Below are positions 57,199-64,000 of a stretch of 64,000 nucleotides of DNA, piece after piece (position 1 is the stretch's first letter; each line of letters begins with the position of its first letter). A program made the position numbers and the translations under genes. Source of the stretch: Auanema rhodensis. Taxonomy: Eukaryota > Animalia > Nematoda. The DNA lies in NCBI GenBank assembly GCA_964057225.1, contig OZ059894.1:24366001-24430000 (forward strand), given 5' to 3'. Under the pieces are notes generated by a model, which worked only from the letters and a program-made list of their open reading frames with translations, was not told the DNA's origin and did no database searches.

Positions 57199-60100
57199 TT
57201 CACGTGAAAGATAAAGAGATGCGGTTTTCAAAATTAGATTCCCCATGTCCATATTAGTCTAAAAACAAATTTTTATTGATATTGGTGCATGGTAACCATG
57301 ACTTTGAAATTTACGTGAACTTTAATTTATGCTAATTAAATGTACACGTGATGTGCACTTGGTATGTAACTCGCTTCACGTGAAAGATAAAGAGATGCGG
57401 TTTTCAAAATTAGATTCCCCATGTCCATATTAGTCTAAAAACAAATTTTTATTGATATTGGTTCATGGTAACCATGACTTTGAAATTTACGTGAACTTCA
57501 ATTTATGCTAATTAAATGTACACGTGATGTGCACTTGGTATGTAACTCGCTTCACGTGAAAGATGAAGAGATGCGGTTTTCAAAATTAGATTCCCTATGT
57601 CCATATTAGTCTAAAAACAAATTTTTATTGATATTGGTTCATGGTAACCATGACTTTGAAATTTACGTGAACTTTAATTTATGCTAATTAAATGTACACG
57701 TGATGTGCACTTGGTATGTAACTCGCTTCACGTGAAAGATAAAGAGATGCGGTTTTCAAAATTAGATTCCCCATGTCCATATTAGTCTAAAAACAAATTT
57801 TTATTGATATTGGTTCATGGTAACCATGACTTTGAAATTTACGTGAACTTCAATTTATGCTAATTAAATGTACACGTGATGTGCACTTGGTATGTAACTC
57901 GCTTCACGTGAAAGATAAAGAGATGCGGTTTTCAAAATTAGATTCCCCATGTCCATATTAGTCTAAAAACAAATTTTTATTGATATTGGTTCATGGTAAC
58001 CATGACTTTGAAATTTACGTGAACTTTAATTTATGCTAATTAAATGTACACGTGATGTGCACTTGGTATGTAACTCGCTTCACGTGAAAGATAAAGAGAT
58101 GCGGTTTTCAAAATTAGATTCCCCATGTCCATATTAGTCTAAAAACAAATTTTTATTGATATTGGTTCATGGTAACCATGACTTTGAAATTTACGTGAAC
58201 TTTAATTTATGCTAATTAAATGTACACGTGATGTGCACTTGGTATGTAACTCGCTTCACGTGAAAGATAAAGAGATGCGGTTTTCAAAATTAGATTCCCC
58301 ATGTCCATATTAGTCTAAAAACAAATTTTTATTGATATTGGTGCATGGTAACCATGACTTTGAAATTTACGTGAACTTTAATTTATGCTAATTAAATGTA
58401 CACGTGATGTGCACTTGGTATGTAACTCGCTTCACGTGAAAGATAAAGAGATGCGGTTTTCAAAATTAGATTCCCCATGTCCATATTAGTCTAAAAACAA
58501 ATTTTTATTGATATTGGTTCATGGTAACCATGACTTTGAAATTTACGTGAACTTCAATTTATGCTAATTAAATGTACACGTGATGTGCACTTGGTATGTA
58601 ACTCGCTTCACGTGAAAGATGAAGAGATGCGGTTTTCAAAATTAGATTCCCTATGTCCATATTAGTCTAAAAACAAATTTTTATTGATATTGGTTCATGG
58701 TAACCATGACTTTGAAATTTACGTGAACTTTAATTTATGCTAATTAAATGTACACGTGATGTGCACTTGGTATGTAACTCGCTTCACGTGAAAGATAAAG
58801 AGATGCGGTTTTCAAAATTAGATTCCCCATGTCCATATTAGTCTAAAAACAAATTTTTATTGATATTGGTTCATGGTAACCATGACTTTGAAATTTACGT
58901 GAACTTCAATTTATGCTAATTAAATGTACACGTGATGTGCACTTGGTATGTAACTCGCTTCACGTGAAAGATAAAGAGATGCGGTTTTCAAAATTAGATT
59001 CCCCATGTCCATATTAATCTAAAAACAAATTTTTATTGATATTGGTTCATGGTAACCATGACTTTGAAATTTACGTGAACTTCAATTTATGCTAATTAAA
59101 TGTACACGTGATGTGCACTTGGTATGTAACTCGCTTCACGTGAAAGATAAAGAGATGCGGTTTTCAAAATTAGATTCCCCATGTCCATATTAGTCTAAAA
59201 ACAAATTTTTATTGATATTGGTTCATGGTAACCATGACTTTGAAATTTACGTGAACTTTAATTTATGCTAATTAAATGTACACGTGATGTGCACTTGGTA
59301 TGTAACTCGCTTCACGTGAAAGATAAAGAGATGCGGTTTTCAAAATTAGATTCCCCATGTCCATATTAGTCTAAAAACAAATTTTTATTGATATTGGTTC
59401 ATGGTAACCATGACTTTGAAATTTACGTGAACTTTAATTTATGCTAATTAAATGTACACGTGATGTGCACTTGGTATGTAACTCGCTTCACGTGAAAGAT
59501 AAAGAGATGCGGTTTTCAAAATTAGATTCCCCATGTCCATATTAGTCTAAAAACAAATTTTTATTGATATTGGTTCATGGTAACCATGACTTTGAAATTT
59601 ACGTGAACTTTAATTTATGCTAATTAAATGTACACGTGATGTGCACTTGGTATGTAACTCGCTTCACGTGAAAGATAAAGAGATGCGGTTTTCAAAATTA
59701 GATTCCCCATGTCCATATTAGTCTAAAAACAAATTTTTATTGATATTGGTTCATGGTAACCATGACTTTGAAATTTACGTGAACTTTAATTTATGCTAAT
59801 TAAATGTACACGTGATGTGCACTTGGTATGTAACTCGCTTCACGTGAAAGATAAAGAGATGCGGTTTTCAAAATTAGATTCCCCATGTCCATATTAGTCT
59901 AAAAACAAATTTTTATTGATATTGGTGCATGGTAACCATGACTTTGAAATTTACGTGAACTTTAATTTATGCTAATTAAATGTACACGTGATGTGCACTT
60001 GGTATGTAACTCGCTTCACGTGAAAGATAAAGAGATGCGGTTTTCAAAATTAGATTCCCCATGTCCATATTAGTCTAAAAACAAATTTTTATTGATATTG

Positions 60101-61070
60101 GTTCATGGTAACCATGACTTTGAAATTTACGTGAACTTCAATTTATGCTAATTAAATGTACACGTGATGTGCACTTGGTATGTAACTCGCTTCACGTGAA
60201 AGATGAAGAGATGCGGTTTTCAAAATTAGATTCCCTATGTCCATATTAGTCTAAAAACAAATTTTTATTGATATTGGTTCATGGTAACCATGACTTTGAA
60301 ATTTACGTGAACTTTAATTTATGCTAATTAAATGTACACGTGATGTGCACTTGGTATGTAACTCGCTTCACGTGAAAGATAAAGAGATGCGGTTTTCAAA
60401 ATTAGATTCCCCATGTCCATATTAGTCTAAAAACAAATTTTTATTGATATTGGTTCATGGTAACCATGACTTTGAAATTTACGTGAACTTCAATTTATGC
60501 TAATTAAATGTACACGTGATGTGCACTTGGTATGTAACTCGCTTCACGTGAAAGATAAAGAGATGCGGTTTTCAAAATTAGATTCCCCATGTCCATATTA
60601 GTCTAAAAACAAATTTTTATTGATATTGGTTCATGGTAACCATGACTTTGAAATTTACGTGAACTTTAATTTATGCTAATTAAATGTACACGTGATGTGC
60701 ACTTGGTATGTAACTCGCTTCACGTGAAAGATAAAGAGATGCGGTTTTCAAAATTAGATTCCCCATGTCCATATTAGTCTAAAAACAAATTTTTATTGAT
60801 ATTGGTTCATGGTAACCATGACTTTGAAATTTACGTGAACTTTAATTTATGCTAATTAAATGTACACGTGATGTGCACTTGGTATGTAACTCGCTTCACG
60901 TGAAAGATAAAGAGATGCGGTTTTCAAAATTAGATTCCCCATGTCCATATTAGTCTAAAAACAAATTTTTATTGATATTGGTGCATGGTAACCATGACTT
61001 TGAAATTTACGTGAACTTTAATTTATGCTAATTAAATGTACACGTGATGTGCACTTGGTATGTAACTCGC
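57199..61070 (+). repeat. 6-monomer unit present about three times in a very homogeneous sub-array
   Basis: The GATGAAG+CCCTAT monomer, flanked on both sides by CTTCAAT monomers, occurs at 57565, 58621 (+1056 = 6x176) and 60205 (+1584 = 9x176). Confidence 0.65.
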
Positions 61071-64000
61071 TTCACGTGAAAGATAAAGAGATGCGGTTTT
61101 CAAAATTAGATTCCCCATGTCCATATTAGTCTAAAAACAAATTTTTATTGATATTGGTGCATGGTAACCATGACTTTGAAATTTACGTGAACTTTAATTT
61201 ATGCTAATTAAATGTACACGTGATGTGCACTTGGTATGTAACTCGCTTCACGTGAAAGATAAAGAGATGCGGTTTTCAAAATTAGATTCCCCATGTCCAT
61301 ATTAGTCTAAAAACAAATTTTTATTGATATTGGTTCATGGTAACCATGACTTTGAATTTTACGTGAACTTTAATTTATGCTAATTAAATGTACACGTGAT
61401 GTGCACTTGGTATGTAACTCGCTTCACGTGAAAGATAAAGAGATGCGGTTTTCAAAATTAGATTCCCCATGTCCATATTAGTCTAAAAACAAATTTTTAT
61501 TGATATTGGTTCATGGTAACCATGACTTTGAAATTTACGTGAACTTTAATTTATGCTAATTAAATGTACACGTGATGTGCACTTGGTATGTAACTCGCTT
61601 CACGTGAAAGATAAAGAGATGCGGTTTTCAAAATTAGATTCCCCATGTCCATATTAGTCTAAAAACAAATTTTTATTGATATTGGTTCATGGTAACCATG
61701 ACTTTGAAATTTACGTGAACTTTAATTTATGCTAATTAAATGTACACGTGATGTGCACTTGGTATGTAACTCGCTTCACGTGAAAGATAAAGAGATGCGG
61801 TTTTCAAAATTAGATTCCCCATGTCCATATTAGTCTAAAAACAAATTTTTATTGATATTGGTTCATGGTAACCATGACTTTGAAATTTACGTGAACTTTA
61901 ATTTATGTTAATTAAATGTACACGTGATGTGCACTTGGTATGTAACTCGCTTCACGTGAAAGATAAAGAGATGCGGTTTTCAAAATTAGATTCCCCATGT
62001 CCATATTAGTCTAAAAACAAATTTTTATTGATATTGGTTCATGGTAACCATGACTTTGAAATTTACGTGAACTTTAATTTATGCTAATTAAATGTACACG
62101 TGATGTGCACTTGGTATGTAACTCGCTTCACGTGAAAGATAAAGAGATGCGGTTTTCAAAATTAGATTCCCCATGTCCATATTAGTCTAAAAACAAATTT
62201 TTATTGATATTGGTGCATGGTAACCATGACTTTGAAATTTACGTGAACTTTAATTTATGCTAATTAAATGTACACGTGATGTGCACTTGGTATGTAACTC
62301 GCTTCACGTGAAAGATAAAGAGATGCGGTTTTCAAAATTAGATTCCCCATGTCCATATTAGTCTAAAAACAAATTTTTATTGATATTGGTTCATGGTAAC
62401 CATGACTTTGAAATTTACGTGAACTTCAATTTATGCTAATTAAATGTACACGTGATGTGCACTTGGTATGTAACTCGCTTCACGTGAAAGATGAAGAGAT
62501 GCGGTTTTCAAAATTAGATTCCCTATGTCCATATTAGTCTAAAAACAAATTTTTATTGATATTGGTTCATGGTAACCATGACTTTGAAATTTACGTGAAC
62601 TTTAATTTATGCTAATTAAATGTACACGTGATGTGCACTTGGTATGTAACTCGCTTCACGTGAAAGATAAAGAGATGCGGTTTTCAAAATTAGATTCCCC
62701 ATGTCCATATTAGTCTAAAAACAAATTTTTATTGATATTGGTGCATGGTAACCATGACTTTGAAATTTACGTGAACTTTAATTTATGCTAATTAAATGTA
62801 CACGTGATGTGCACTTGGTATGTAACTCGCTTCACGTGAAAGATAAAGAGATGCGGTTTTCAAAATTAGATTCCCCATATCCATATTAGTCTAAAAACAA
62901 ATTTTTATTGATATTGGTGCATGGTAACCATGACTTTGAAATTTACGTGAACTTTAATTTATGCTAATTAAATGTACACGTGATGTGCACTTGGTATGTA
63001 ACTCGCTTCACGTGAAAGATAAAGAGATGCGGTTTTCAAAATTAGATTCCCCATGTCCATATTAGTCTAAAAACAAATTTTTATTGATATTGGTTCATGA
63101 TAACCATGACTTTGAAGTTTACGTGAACTTTAATTTATGCTAATTAAATGTACACTTGATGTGCACTTGGTATGTAACTCGCTTCACGTGTAAGATAAAG
63201 AGATGCGGTTTTCAAAATTAGATTCCCCATGTCCATATTAGTCTAAAAACAAATTTTTATTGATATTGGTGCATGGTAACCATGACTTTGAAATTTACGT
63301 GAATTTTAATTTATGCTAATTAAATGTACACGTGATGTGCACTTGGTATGTAACTAGCTTCACGTGAAAGATAAAGAGATGCGGTTTTCAAAATTAGATT
63401 CCCTATGTCCATATTAGTCTAAAAAGAAATTTTTATTGATATTGGTGCATGGTAACCATGACTTTGAAATTTACGTGAACTTCAATTTATGCTAATTAAA
63501 TGTACACGTGATGTGCACTTGGTATGTAACTCGCTTCACGTGAAAGATAAAGAGATGCGGTTTTCAAAATTAGATTCCCCATGTCCATATTAGTCTAAAA
63601 ACAAATTTTTATTGATATTGGTGCATGGTAACCATGACTTTGAAATTTACGTGAACTTCAATTTATGCTAATTAAATGTACACGTGATGTGCACTTGGTA
63701 TGTAACTCGCTTCACGTGAAAGATAAAGAGATGCGGTTTTCAAAATTAGATTCCCCATGTCCATATTAGTCTAAAAACAAATTTTTATTGATATTGGTGC
63801 ATGGTAACCATGACTTTGAAATTTACGTGAACTTTAATTTATGCTAATTAAATGTACACGTGATGTGCACTTGGTATGTAACTCGCTTCACGTGAAAGAT
63901 AAAGAGATGCGGTTTTCAAAATTAGATTCCCCATGTCCATATTAGTCTAAAAACAAATTTTTATTGATATTGGTTCATGGTAACCATGACTTTGAAATTT

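Larger units (their letters stand above)
1..64000. repeat. Tandem satellite DNA array, 176-bp monomer, about 363.6 copies, likely centromeric or heterochromatic; runs off both window edges
   Basis: TTCACGTGAA recurs at 1, 177, 353 ... 2641 (15x176+1). The phase slips by 1 after ~5704 and by 2 after ~13271, and is unchanged at 63359. No non-repeat sequence was seen. The centromeric or heterochromatic role is inferred from size and homogeneity only. Confidence 0.99.

Noticed and set aside
1-64000. Protein-coding ORF or repeat protein
   Set aside because: Each monomer has stops in all six frames (plus strand: TGA 7, TAA 14, TAG 57; minus strand: TCA 2, TTA 36, CTA 61), and 176 is not a multiple of 3.
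1-64000. CRISPR array or other repeat-spacer system
   Set aside because: Palindromic segments exist, but there are no unique spacers; the entire unit repeats and no cas genes are present.
1-64000. G/T dimorphism at pos 89 as a strict dimer (352-bp) repeat or an encoded pattern
   Set aside because: The alleles occur in irregular runs that block duplications explain; there is no fixed alternation.
1-64000. Hidden insertion, inversion, transposon or telomeric repeat
   Set aside because: The 176-bp phase is conserved end to end apart from two 1-bp deletions, and every line read matches the monomer in the same orientation.

Overview
The whole 64-kb window is one uninterrupted, head-to-tail satellite array of a 176-bp AT-rich monomer (about 32% GC by hand count; about 363.6 copies; single orientation). 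I saw no genes, RNA genes, CRISPR spacers or transposon insertions. Consensus: TTCACGTGAAAGATAAAGAGATGCGGTTTTCAAAATTAGATTCCCCATGTCCATATTAGTCTAAAAACAAATTTTTATTGATATTGGT(G/T)CATGGTAACCATGACTTTGAAATTTACGTGAACTTTAATTTATGCTAATTAAATGTACACGTGATGTGCACTTGGTATGTAACTCGC. Most monomers differ from it at only 0-5 positions. Monomer size and homogeneity fit a eukaryotic centromeric or heterochromatic satellite, but this is inference, and I cannot assign the species or family. The information lies in the shared variants. They reveal nested block duplications (4-, 6-, 7-, 8-, 11-, 12- and 43-mers, plus older blocks of about 31-33 and 55-56 monomers), recombinant monomers and regional variant domains. The monomer also carries several dyads and three phased ACGTGA (E-box-like) motifs. 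I found no evidence of a novel protein-coding system. All variant mapping was done by eye; 'pos N' means position within the monomer, counted from TTCACGTGAA.
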